Source of the DNA: Lobosporangium transversale
Taxonomy: Eukaryota
DNA length: 64,000 nucleotides
Direction of reading: 5' to 3'
Assembly (NCBI RefSeq): GCF_002105155.1
Contig: NW_019028997.1
Location: 310,001-374,000, forward strand
Below are positions 1 to 12,337 of this stretch, piece after piece. The notes under the pieces were generated by a model, which was not told where the DNA came from, made no database searches, and worked only from the letters and a program-made list of their open reading frames with translations. Every line of letters begins with the position of its first letter. The first letter of the stretch is position 1. The position numbers and the translations under genes are program-made.

Positions 1-79
1 TGCAATTGCGTCTTTTTGATTGCTGCTTCCATTTTGAGCTTATTTTCTCCACTAACTTATTTTCCCTCCATTCCGTTTC

Positions 80-1669
80 TTGTCACAAGTAATGAAACGC
101 GTCATGCTGATTGATTGCTGGTTTATCTCTAGTATGATGACTGCTAACCAATATTTTTCTATCCCGGCATCTTGCTTCACAGACCGTGTATCAGAGGCCG
201 AATTCGTGCAGCATGTTCTAAGCAATATCACTGGCAGAGATCAAACACGTCGATCCAAGACCAGCACACGTCGTGGTTACTCGATAACTCCCGCGTCTGT
301 GCGAGATTGGAATGACTTTTTACCTTTGGTACGCCGTATGCCTCTGGCAACCGAGCCTCAGTACACACCTCCTAGGTTTTCGGCAGTCAGGACCTTCACA
401 ACCAAGTCGGATTTACAAGGGATCTTTCGCTATGACGTTGGATCGGTCCGAGGCCTGCCGCCATTTACAGACACGCGCGGCACTTATAGCTTGACGTACG
501 GCCTTCCAGACCTGATTTGCTCGCGCGAGGATAACCAGTTGGCACTGTTTCCAATTGAAATGAAAAGACCTGTTATGCTGCATCTGAATGACGGCACCAG
601 CTACTCCGCTGCCTACCTAGCACAAGGATCATCGTCACAGGGCCCAGTCGGTCCGCTAAAGCAGATTTTCGGCTACATGAGACTTAATGGATTTCGCTAT
701 GGAGTTCTGTCAACCTATACTCAAACATGGTTTATCAAACGAGTCTCGGCACATGGCGACGGCATCCTAATCTCGTCCACAATCCACTTTGACAGGACAA
801 ACCCGACTCTACTGCAGTGTTACCTGTGGCTGATTCGGACGGTGGATGGTGATACTGAATGGCAGCCAGCCATACCCGATAAGGCCTCAGTTGAAGACAT
901 GCTCTCGAGGGAGCAACCTGAGGACAAGGCTACAAAACGTGACAGTGACTTTGATCCAGGACGTGGTGGTGGTGGAAAATCGAAGCAAGGATTCAGAGCC
1001 TATTTGACGCGAAGCAAGTAAGAGGCTAATACTCAAATGTGTTTTGATCGAGATTCTCTCACCAAAGGTGGCTGATCATCCAGTTTTTGACTGCAATCTA
1101 GGACCAAGAAGCAGGCAACAGGATCTATGCAATTGGAGAGACGCACTGTTCCAGCTTTCAAGGATATGAGACTTATTACATTTGGCGAGGGTGCGCGTAC
1201 GTTCCGAGCTACATGGATGGGCAAGGATGTAGTGGTGAAAAAAGCCGACATCTGGAAGCAGTCCCCAATTGTCGATGAGCTGGAGCACGAGGCCACGATT
1301 TACAAGGAGCTTCAGATGCTACAAGGTCACTTCGTTCCCGAACTGAAGCTAGCTGGGATCATGGACGGAATGGAGATGGTTTTAGTAACAGAGTTCACTG
1401 GGAGCGACCTCTGCAATAAGCATTTGGATGCATCTGATCGAGACAAGATCCGCGGAGCACTCTCAGCGATCCACGATTTGGGTGTCCTGCACGGTGATAT
1501 TCGACCAGATAACATTACAGCAAGACTTGATGGGCAGGATTCGCGATTCATTTTTATAGACTTTGGCTTTTCAAAATTTGCAAAACACAATTCAGCCCTG
1601 GATCGCGAGATGGGAGAATTGGAGGCGCTACTTGAGCTGATGCCATGGCCCGAAGGTAATGACGGTTAA
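80..1669 (+). CDS. Crinkler-like PD-(D/E)xK restriction-endonuclease-fold + atypical protein kinase fusion (spliced; 5' end probably upstream of window)
   Basis: ORF 80..1021 has PDLI..FPIEMK..QIFGYM..YGVLSTYTQTWF (REase-like). A GTAAGA..CTAG intron at 1018..1101 joins it in frame to ORF 1127..1669 (VVVKK, HGDIRPDN, IDFG). A likely upstream intron ends at AG 182, preceded by a GCTAAC branch site. Confidence 0.75.
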
Positions 1670-2059
1670 TACGGTAATGGTAATGGTCATCGTGCTTTTG
1701 CTTCTCAAAGTGTGTCAGGTTAACGCCTTAAAGTGTACAGATTATCGTGTAGGTAATGGAGGAGTTATAACAATCGGAGTGAATGGAGCTAGCAAGTGCG
1801 AATAGCCGAGCTCAAATACAGCATGTTGCAGGCCAGGAAAGAATGACAGAATCCTTTTCTCATCCACCAAGGGTACCCATTGTCTTGCGTAGCTTAAAGC
1901 AATACCTAGCTGCAAATCGTTATACAATAGCTGTTTGCTCGAACCTTTCAGTTCTTCAATTTCACCCAACGATAACCCGATGGATGGAGAGAGACATTTA
2001 ACTTCGTTCGCATACTCGTAAGAAAATAAAGCTACATAGCTCACGTAACGAATAATGTA

Positions 2060-3662
2060 TAGTGCGTGCCAAAACTGATGCAATAAATTGCATTTTTCAA
2101 CATTCATTCCTCATTCTCCTTCTTCCTCTTTATGATCTTCCCTGCCACCACCGTTTCTCATTCTCATTTGTCTCACCTCCATGGAGTCTCATCGTCATCG
2201 CCATCAGTGGCCTAATTAGCATTTAATTGCAATTTGCTTTCAGCATCTCATTGCATCTATTATGGCAATTAACAACTTCTTGTTTTTATTTATTCCTGTT
2301 ACTTCTCCTTTCCCCTAACGATGTTCCCTCCTTTAGCCTTATATAACTCCCTCATCCTCTTCGGCATACCGCAGTATAGTTTGTGTAAGAATTCAGGAGG
2401 GATATGTGTCCATACGTCTTGGACTCTCTCCCAGAGATCCTCCATATTCTTTGCCTTGTCTGGATAATGATCCAACTGCACCTTCATGTATGCCCATATG
2501 TTTTCTATTGGGTTGATGTCAGGAGAGTTTGCTGGCCATTCCATGAGAGGTATCTTAGACTTTTGGATATAGGTCATTGCTATTCTTCCGGTATGAATCC
2601 TAGCATTGTCCTGCTGAAATATAAATTTGTCCTTATCCATCAAGTAGTAATCCCTGGACTTAAAGATATAATCCTTGAGAACGTCGACGTATGTTACCGA
2701 ATCCACCTTCTCTTGGAGCCAGCAGCCATCGCCTGGTCCGTAGTAAGTTATACAACCCCAGAACATCATTTTGCCTCCACCGCCTTGCCTTGTCTTTTTG
2801 ATATGATGTGCTCGTAGAGCTTTATCCCATCGATGCTTGTAGTAGTACTTTCTTCCGCAGGACCCAACTCTGCTAAAGATGGTCTCATCTGAGAACATGA
2901 CGTTCTTCCAGTCTTCTAGAGTCCAGTCCAAGTGATCCTTTGCAAAATTATATCGAGCATAGATTTGCTTCTTCGTCAGACCAGGCTGCTTCTGTTTTAC
3001 ATATGCCCCCATATCATCCTGCATAAGGAACCTCCTGATGCTCGATTTACTAACCTGCACTCCTTCCCTCAATTGAACAAGTTGTTGGCCATCTTTTAGG
3101 GTCTCCAATACACCCATGTCAAAAAATCTTGATAAAAGCTGTTTCGTTTTCTTAGTAACTTTGCAGGGTCGGCCCCCTCTCAGCACTGGAATACTTTCTT
3201 TGCCTCTTTTCCTAATCCTTTGAGCTGAGGTAACAGATATCCCTAAACTCTTTGACACTTCTCTGGAAGACTTTCCCTGATGAAGTAGAGCAGTTGCATT
3301 TTGGATAGTTGATTTGGATAATGATTTCATGTTATGATAAAGATATGGCAGATATGTAGAGTGTCGCTTGGTGTATCAGTGGTGATGGTGCTATAAAGAA
3401 AGAATAAAGAATAAGAAAGAAGTAAGGGATGGACAAACCTGAGATGTACTTTTTACCAAAACTGATGCAATGAGACATGACTATACAAATGGCGATTATT
3501 CGCTAATTGCGTCATTGATGAGAACAGCGATGACAGTCCACGAAGGTGAGACAAATGAGAATGAGAAGCGGTGATGGTAGGGAAGATCATTAGAAAGGAA
3601 AAGGAGAATGAGGAATGAATATTAAAAAATGCAAATTATTGCATCAGTTTTGGCACGCACCA
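2060..3662 (-). mobile_element. Tc1/mariner DNA transposon family A, copy 1 (intact)
   Basis: Long imperfect TIRs (tagtgcgtgccaaaactgatgcaata... / ...tgcatcagttttggcacgcacca), TA on both sides, intact transposase. Confidence 0.95.
2299..3330 (-). CDS. Tc1-family transposase, DD34E
   Basis: N-terminal HTH, GGRP, FSDET, QQDNA, SPDINPIE; 34 residues between second D and E. Confidence 0.95.
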   Translation of the reverse strand: MKSLSKSTIQNATALLHQGKSSREVSKSLGISVTSAQRIRKRGKESIPVLRGGRPCKVTKKTKQLLSRFFDMGVLETLKDGQQLVQLREGVQVSKSSIRRFLMQDDMGAYVKQKQPGLTKKQIYARYNFAKDHLDWTLEDWKNVMFSDETIFSRVGSCGRKYYYKHRWDKALRAHHIKKTRQGGGGKMMFWGCITYYGPGDGCWLQEKVDSVTYVDVLKDYIFKSRDYYLMDKDKFIFQQDNARIHTGRIAMTYIQKSKIPLMEWPANSPDINPIENIWAYMKVQLDHYPDKAKNMEDLWERVQDVWTHIPPEFLHKLYCGMPKRMRELYKAKGGNIVRGKEK

Positions 3663-3664
3663 TA

Positions 3665-5182
3665 GATGGGAGCAACCTGGAATACATACTTTATTTGCTC
3701 TAAACCTATTAGCGCTCCTGCTTGTTTCTGATAGCTTTTCACTACTTTGAAATTTTTCTCTCATTTGGACAATTTTTTAACCATCGTTTTTTTTCACCTA
3801 TCAAAACTTCGTATTGCCCCCTTTCGCCCTTATGACTGCTAACATCCGCTCAGGCATACTTCTTATCAGATTGCGGCAGACCTCCTTCGGTGTCTCCTCC
3901 TCCCATATCTGGCTCACTCTTTCCCAGAGTTCCAGCATGCCTTCTGGAATGGTCCCATGTTCGCGAATTTTTTTTTTAAATGATCCCACAAATACTCAAT
4001 AGGGTTTAGGTCTGGTGAATTGACAGGCCATGCCAGTATTCTACCTGACGCTCTTGTCAATCCAATAGAGGCAAGGTAGGTTGTGACTCTCTTAACCGTA
4101 TGCTTAGAATCATTGTCTTGTTGGAAGATAAATTGCTCTGGATCAATGTTGTACCAATCCACAGTATTCAATAACTCGTCCTGGAGGATACGAATATACA
4201 GCTCGGAGTCCAGCATGGAGTCGATCTTGGCCAAGTAGCCTGGCCCATCCCACGTCATGCAGCCCCAAACCATGATCGAACCACCACCATGTTTGACTGT
4301 GGGCGAAACTAACTTTGGGTCAATATCGGCCGCCTTCACCTTTGGTTCTTTATTTGTTTCCACCCAAACATAGCGCATGCCATCAGGAGATATCCTACAA
4401 ATTTTGGACTCATCGGACCAAATTACTCGCTTCCAATCAGCTTCGGTCCAGTCTTTGTGCTGGAGAGCAAAGTCCAGTCGAGCTTTGTTTTGACGTTTTG
4501 TTAGCCTAGGCTTCTTGACGGCTTTTTTAGCTTCCATGCTAATATCTCTCAGCGCCCGACGCACCGTATTAGCTGACACCGGATCTTCGTTCTCATCGTT
4601 ATAGAGTCTGGTAGCATGGACAGCTGATGAGGCTACGGTGAAGCAACAATCGAATATAATATGCATTCCGGTAATCGAACTTCCGTGGCCGACCAGCTCT
4701 ACTTTTACTCCTGGCAGGCCCTAATGTCTTGGAGATATTATGGACTGAGGACTTGGATATGCCTACTTCTGTGGCAACCTGACGGATGGACTTGTGCTGC
4801 TCGAGTAAATGGAGAGCATCCTCAACAACGGAAGCTTTGATTGGCTTCATCTTTGGAGTGTTTAGAAAGAGTAACGTAGGCTCCTAGAAGAGTGTAGGTG
4901 AAGAGTATCTACTCAAGTGTGTGGGAGATAATTTGAAAAAAATTCAGCAAAGGTGCGTAAAATAAGTGATGGTTATATAATTGTCCAAATGAGATTAAAT
5001 ACTTTTGTCAATGAAAAACCATGGTGAATGAGACTAGAGATATTTTAAACTGAACCAGTCCACGTATCATTGGCATACTTGTTTACTCTGATAAAAATAA
5101 AAGTGCAAGCAACCATCGCTATTATTCTAATCAAGACGGAAAACATGAGCGTGGAACATTTGGACAAATTTGGAAGCCACTG
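3665..5182 (-). mobile_element. Tc1 family C element with frameshifted transposase (DD39E); one terminus missing
   Basis: Overlapping ORFs 4599..4850, 3914..4666 and 3801..3989 form one transposase (WSDES, QQDND, SPDLNPIE). Right end ...ggaagccactg then TA (5183-5184). Inner repeat tcatttggacaatt is present at both ends, but the outer left terminus was not found. Confidence 0.88.
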
Positions 5183-5294
5183 TATAACTCACGCCCTCTA
5201 CTATCAACTCCTTTTGCCACTACCATATTTTTTTTTATCTTATTAGTTAAAGATCTCTCTCAGTACTACACCAACATCTCAATGCAACGGACTC

Positions 5295-8200
5295 ATGGCC
5301 TGTAGCCTGTGCAGCAGTGACAAACATGACAGGAGGTTATGTCCTCAGAACGCAAGGTTCGTGATTGGTTTTTTATTATTTGTATTTTTTTTTTTTTTAA
5401 GTATATGAAATTAATAAATTTTCTTACCTAATAGAGGTAAAACGAGTACTTCCAATGGCACCGTTTCTTCCTCCACTTCACGTCTATGTAGTGGATGCAG
5501 TCGTCCGGGCCATGTACGCAGCTCATGCCCAAATAAAGGAGAGTAAGTAATTTTGGTGTTTGACAATTGTAGGGAACTTTTTTTTTTTTTTTTTTTTTGA
5601 CACAGTAGTGGTTGGCGCATACTGAGCTTAAGCTTATACACTATCATGCAAAACTGATTCAATAATTCATTCCCATGTGCATTTCTTTTTTTCATTCCTC
5701 GAAACCGTATATGCATACAACACTCATACTTTGGTTTAATAAAGCTCCCGTCTTCTTCTACGTCATAGTGATGCGTTGTGACATTAGCTTGTCTCATTTG
5801 AATAGCTAATGACTTTTTTGTTCATTCAGGTCATTGAATCAGTTTCACATGTGCCCATTCGGTGGCCAAAGATCTTTATTCTTTTGTGAGCCATAACCTT
5901 ACATCAATAAGTAGTATTCCAACCATGGGCATCACTGACAGCTTGGAGTCTCTTATGGATACCTATGATGAGTTTGCGGCAGAAGTCCACTGGGATCCTG
6001 TACCATTCAACCGATATTCGCTCCCATAGTTTATCACAGCTCTTAGCTCGCTCGGGATACCTAGAGAGCCGCCTATCCAATTCTGCCCACATGTGTTCAA
6101 TAGGGTTGAGGTCAGGGGATTGTGCTGGCCACTCTAGAAGTGTACCTTCCTCTTCTGTCAGATGTACTGACTCCAAATACTTCCTAACAATCTTCGCCGT
6201 GTGCTTCGAGTCATTGTCGTGCTGAAAGACGATATCGCTTTTAGTTAGGCCCTAGTCATCAAGCGACATCTGTAGATCCTCCTGGAGTAGTTTGATGTAA
6301 AGTTGTGCGTCCATATTATTGTCAATCTTTGCAATGTATCCAGGTCAGTACCATGAGAAGCATGACCACACTTTAACATTACCACCCCCAAACTTGACAG
6401 TGCCTTGCACCGACCTGCGAGTGAGGCGTCCCGGATTGTCGTCCCAGATCCACTGCACGCCATCAGAGCAGATTCGGTTTATTTTCGATTCATCTGACCA
6501 AATAACCTTTTTCCAATCTTCCAGAGTCCATTCCTTATACTTTTTGATAAAATGCAAACGAGCTTTAATATGCCGTCGACGTAAAGCTGGCTTATGTACA
6601 CGCCTCTTTGCTGTCAATCCTAACTCCTTGAGCCGTCGTCTAACGGTGGTCTCAGAAACAGCCGCTGGTATGAGCTGGTTGGCTCTGACGGTGGCCTCAA
6701 CTGCAGACTTGAGTGTACCTCGTTTCATGTTCACCTTAAGATACTGCATGATACCTCTAGGTACTTTCCTTGGTCGACCGCCTTTATTGACTGGCATGTA
6801 CTCCTTATTATGTGCATAGATCCTGGTGGCCGTCGCTATTGATATACCAACACTAGCAGCAGTTTCTCTAGTAGACATACCTCCCATCATTAACCTCCTG
6901 GCTTCGTTGACTTTCCTTTGTGGAGTGGGTCTCATATTCTGTGAAGGTATAGTTAAGAGAGAGTTAAGCAAGTGTTCATAAAGGAAAGAGAGAAAAGTCC
7001 TTTTTTTACTGGCATTAAATGACGTCCAAAGTTGTCATGGGCAACATTTTAGACCACATGTGAAACTGATTCAATGACCTGCATGAACAAAAAAGTCATT
7101 AGCTATTCAAATGAGACAAGCTAATGTCACAATGCATCACTACGACGTAGAAGAAGACGGGAGCTTTATTAAACCAAAGTATGAGTGTTGTATGCATATA
7201 CGGTTTCGAGGAATGAAAAAAAGAAATGCACATGGGAATGAATTATTGAATCAGTTTTGCATGATAGTGTATACCTTCTACAGCTTTAATAGCACTACCA
7301 GTAAGCACACGCAGGATTTTGGGTCGATTCAAAAGCAAAAACTTTCTCGCAGGGCAAGTACCGCCGACCAGCCTCCCATAGTGTTTAAATGCAGTGTTTG
7401 TAGTTGTCTAGGGCATACTCGAAAATCATGCCCAAGTAATAAAAGGTGAGAAGGTGAGTTTTATTTCTAACGTTTCGATTTGCCACTCTCTCATCAATAG
7501 GCCTCTAAACCTTAGTTTTTCCTTTTCACTTTTTCAGTAGCGTTGGTGATTTAGCGCAAAATGATGCTAGGCCTGTGCGCACACGAAGTATTGCTTTTGA
7601 AGGTGACGAAGAGGAAAGTGAAAGGCCCGTGCAAAGACCAAGGTATGTTGCTTTTCATTCGGTTTTTCAATGGGGTATTATATTATACATTATGAGTTCT
7701 TAACCTTATACCATTATCATTAACCATAGGTCTTCAGGTTGTACGAGCATGAAAATGATCCTTCTGTTGAAGATAATTCCTTTGCTAAAGATGACTCTCT
7801 ACCGCTCGCCAGAAGAAAGTTTCGGCAAGATTTGATTTCGGGCCCCAATATTATGCATTATAGGCACCGCTTAGAGCCGATGGTCAGCTGCCCCTATTGC
7901 GGCGCCCTCATGTTTATTGAAGAACGTGCACCGGGCAGCAGCAAAATCCGTCCAGAATTTTCGTTGTGGTGTGGGAGGGGCCAAGTAAATATTCCACCAC
8001 TCGAGCCTATTCCACGCTTGGTTGAACTTCTTGATGGCCAGAGCGGCAAGAGCAAGTCATTCCGTGAGCATATACGGGCATATAACGGCGCTCTTTCATT
8101 CACGTCCATGGGAGTAAACCTTGATAAAGACCTTGCAAACAACCGACACGGAGTGTACACGTTTCGTATCGTTGGAGGGGTCGTCCACCTGATTGGCCCC

Positions 8201-11200
8201 ATGACCCCAGCCGAAGGCGCTGTCCCACAGTTCCTACAGATCCATGCTCACATTCATGACCCTGTTCAGCAAGCAAGGATTCGTAATAACCATTTCGGGG
8301 ATTCTCTTGATGAAGAACTATTGCAGGAACTACAGCAACTCCTTGAACTACACCACCCGTTAGCCCGTACGCTCAAGAACGTCAGAGAACGTGCGCACGG
8401 GGATATCATGCAGCTGAAGATCGTTATCCGTGCAGAGCCTCGGCATGAGAGAAGAGGGCAGCAGCGAATGCAATATGGTCCCCTCTCATCAACTGAAATC
8501 GCAGTTTTGATACCTGGCGACGGTAATGACGTTTCTCGACGAGACATCATAATAGAAAGCAGAGCTGATGGTTTGAAAAGAATCAATGAGGACCATCCGG
8601 CTTACGACAGCCTCCATTACGTCCTCTTGCATCCCAAAGGCGAGGAGGGCTGGACATATAAAAAGTATAAAAAACAACCTAAGCCAGGTCAAACCTCTGC
8701 AGGGATTCATCATGACGGTGATGACGGAGGCAGTGGTGATGGCCATCCAGAGGTGGATGTGGGTGGGGATGATGTTCAAGCTAAGAAAAGTCGAGACTAC
8801 GTCACCTGGAGAGAGTTTTACTCATACAGGTTGCAGATTCGTCCTATGAGCTCATCGGACCAGCGATCTTTCATCTGGATGAATACGCGCTTGACTCATC
8901 AGTATGATGTCGACCAATACGCCAAGTTAAAGGCGGATCGGCTTCGGTTCATCAGCGAAAACCAGTCTAAGCTGAAGACAGATGCATATATCGGCGTAAT
9001 GGATGCAATTGAGCTTAATCTCAGGCCAGAAAACATTGGAAAGCGTATTATCCTGCCATCATCCTTTGCTGGAGGCCCCAGGTTTATGCAGCAGCTCTTC
9101 CAAGATGGCATTGCTATGGTCCGAAAGTCTGGCAAGCCTGATCTCTTCATCACATTCACCTGTAACCCCAAGTGGTCAGAGATTCAGGAGGCTCTATACG
9201 AAGGCCAAACAGCGGCCGATCGGCCTGATCTCTGCGTGCGAGTCTTTAATCTCAAAAAGAAAGCCCTTGAGGATGACCTTTTCAAGAAAGAGGTCCTGGG
9301 AAAGGTTGTTGCCTACAATTGGGTTGTCGAGTTCCAGAAACGTGGTTTGCCACACCAGCACCTGCTTATAATCCTTGACGACAAGGATAAACCACGAACA
9401 ACGGATGACTTTGACTCTATTGTTTCTGCAGAGATCCCAGATCGTGGCAACGCTCCGCTAGCCTACGAGACAGTAACATCTCACATGATACATGGGCCAT
9501 GTGGAGCTCGTAACCATCAAGCATCATGCATGGCCGAAGGGAGTTGCAGTAAGAAGTATCCACGCCCATTTCTGGAGAAAACCACGCGCAACGAGCATGG
9601 TTACCCTAATTATCGCCGACGCAATGAGCCTGGACGCTCCTTTGTGAACTCGAAAGGCAATACTATCGACAACACATGGGTTGTTCCTCATAATCTATGG
9701 CTCGCCACCAAATACAACGCACATATAAATGTCGAAATCTGCGGGACAGTTTCGTCAGTCAAGTATATTTACAAGTATGTGCACAAGGGCCACGACAGAG
9801 CATCGATTGCTGTTGCAGCTGCGAACGGCGAGCCTATTGATCTTGATGAGGTCAGAAATTTTAGGGATAGTCGATACGTATCCACTTGCGAGAGCTTATG
9901 GCGCTTATATGGCTTTGCGCTGCATGGGCAATCCCACAATGTTGTCCGACTGCCTGTCCATCTGGAGGACCAGCATCAAGTTATCTTCGATACTGGCGCC
10001 AGCCTGGAACAAGCTGTTTCTCATAACCAAGACACTCAGCTCATGGCATGGTTCAAACTCAATGCTGCCATAGAGAAAGAAATTGAAGAAATGGGGGGAG
10101 CGGCTACGAGTGTAGAGACTGCAGGTAACAGGCCTGACTACTGTTTGTATCCAGACCTGCCGTATCACTACACCTGGAACAGGCGTAGTAGAAGTTGGCA
10201 AGCGAGAGCTAGGGGCAGTAGCACGAAGGTTCTCTCTCGGATGTATTTTGTCCAGCCAAAGGAACGTGAACGATACTGCCTTCGGTTATTACTTATGCAT
10301 GTCAAAGGGGCAAAGAGCTTCGCAGAGCTTCGTACCGTGCCTGAAGCCAAGCAGACCTTCGATACGTTCTACTCGGCTGCTCTTGCTCGCGGCTTGCTTG
10401 AGGACGACGAAGAATGGAGCCGTTGCTTAGGTGAAGCATCCACATATCACTCACCAAGGATGCTGCGACATCTATTTGCAATTATGATGCTCAACTGCAA
10501 TCTCTCTAATCCACTAGAATTGTGGACCCGCTTTGCACCACATATGTCCGAAGACTATCTTCATGTTTTACTGCAAAGAGGAGCAATTGCCTCTGTGGAG
10601 GGGAATCCAGAGGAACAAGCTAAGAGCTCAGCACTTTACGATTTAAACGAAGTGTTGAAGGAGCTTGGGTCCTGCCTGGCCAACTTTCCAGAGATGCCTC
10701 AAGAGTTCGATAGTGCCTTACATAGAGAAAACCAGGTCGATGAAGCGGAGGAACAACGGAGGTTTGAGCAAGAGGCATGTGACAACGTGCAACAGTTGAA
10801 CTTGGACCAGAGAAATGCTTTCGACCATATCATTGATGCTGTCGGAGGCAGAATTCAAGAGAGACTATTTTTTATTGATGGTCCAGGAGGAACAGGCAAA
10901 TCATTCTTATATAATACGCTTATTGGCTTCATCACTGGCCGACTCAAAAAAAGTGTGATTGCCGTTGCATCATCAGGAATTGCTTCCCTTATCCTTCGTA
11001 ACGGCCATACGGCTCACTCTACATTCAAGATACCAATTCCAGTTAGCTCCCAATCTATCTGTAACATTACTATGAGACAAGCTGCTGCGGCAAGGATACG
11101 TGATACTGACATAGTCTTCTGGGATGAGGCTCCATTACAGCACAGATATTGCTTTGAGGCTGTCGACAGACTGCTTCGAGACATCGTGGAAGTCGATACA

Positions 11201-12023
11201 CCATTTGGTGGCAAGGTGTTTGTATTTGGTGGTGACTTTAGACAGGTACTTCCAGTTGTAATCCGTGGGACTCAGGCTCAGATCGAGGACGCCTCTTTGA
11301 AAAGATCCTATCTTTGGTCTTCAGTTACAACGCTCAAGCTGACTAAGAACATGCGGGTTATCAGCCATCCTGAAAATCAAGCATATATCGAGTGGTTGCT
11401 TCGTATTGGTGAAGGGACAGAGCCGACGATAAGTTTTGGTGGTCATGATGATTATGTCAGGATACCTGACAGTTTTATCCTTAATGTCCCAGCCGAAAAC
11501 ATTGACTATTGCCATGAGAAGCTGCTTATTAGACAGATATTCCCAAGTATCGAAACTGCTGGACTCCTTCCTGAGATGCTCATTGAACGCGCTATCCTGA
11601 GCCCCCTTAACGAAGATGTGGATAGATTGAACCAGTTGGCTACCAGTATGCACTGTAGTGTCCAACGGTCCTCTATTTACTTTGGTCAAGATAGGCTTCA
11701 AGATCCTGAAGCAGCAGGTACGACCCACTATCCTGTGGAATATCTGAATCAGCTTAGCCCATCAGGTTTGCCTCCCTACAAACTGGAGCTGAAGGTTGGT
11801 CAACCTATCATTCTCCTTCGCAACCTGAACCCGAAGCGTGGGCTATGCAATGGCACTCGCATGATTGTGCGTGCGTTAGGCGCAAGATTAATCCAGGCTG
11901 AGATTGTCAACGGTCAATATCGGGGAGAGCGTGTCTTCATCCCTCGCATTCCGCTTACAACAGTTGATGATCATTCCTCTCCGATCATGTTCTGTAGACG
12001 ACAATTCCCAGTCAAGCCAGCTG
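5295..12023 (+). mobile_element. Helitron copy 1: spliced RepHel transposase gene, 3'-truncated
   Basis: Predicted exons 5295-5356, 5435-5542, 7284-7445, ~7538-7642 and 7738-12023. HUH Rep motifs FITFTCNPKW, VEFQKRGLPHQHLL, YIYKYVHKG; PIF1 helicase GPGGTGKS, DEAP, FGGDFRQVLPV, RNLNPKRGLCNGTR. Homology stops at FPVKPA, before the FAMTxNKSQG motif. Confidence 0.92.
5639..7269 (-). mobile_element. Tc1 family B copy 1 (DD39E), full length, transposase inactivated by two nonsense codons; inserted in a Helitron intron
   Basis: ~215-bp TIRs beginning cactatcatgcaaaactgattcaat, TA flanks. ORF pieces 6345..6971 and 5904..6176; the stops are absent from copy 2. Confidence 0.93.
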
Positions 12024-12029
12024 CAAACG

Positions 12030-12234
12030 TGTTATACAATACTGACTCAAACCTTTGAGGAGGGCTCAACTATCACGCGCACCCCAGGCGCCAAGACGCC
12101 AAGCCCAAGTGCCAAGACACCAAGCCCCAACCCTATCAATTATCAGTATAAATAGTCCACTACGTTATAGCCAAATAAAGTATCCTTTGACCTTCGATTC
12201 CACCTAAGATCACCTTTGATTGTTACTATTTACA
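12030..12234 (+). repeat. Probable 5' LTR of Gypsy element 1
   Basis: TG...CA boundaries, TATAAATA and AATAAA inside, immediately followed by TGGTAGCA. No partner LTR in the window. Confidence 0.7.
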
Positions 12235-12248
12235 TGGTAGCAAAGGTT
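12235..12248 (+). promoter_or_regulatory. Primer-binding site, initiator tRNA-Met-like (tggtagcaaagg)
   Basis: TGG-starting sequence directly after the LTR end; TGGTAGC matches the complement of fungal iMet tRNA 3' ends. Confidence 0.6.
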
Positions 12249-12337
12249 CATCGAACCACCGACCCCGTCAGAAACCGCTTATATTTCCCTCTGATATTTT
12301 TCCCTAGATCCCTCTGATATTTTCCTTAGATTTCCTA

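Noticed and set aside
1742..2107. 121-aa minus-strand ORF
   Set aside because: Begins inside the Tc1-A TIR and has no recognisable motif; may be a gene fragment but unsupported.
5411..7449. ORFs 5411..5797 and 7111..7449 with matching N-termini (MRQANVT..)
   Set aside because: They read outward through the Tc1-B TIRs; only the 3' part of the second is a real Helitron exon.
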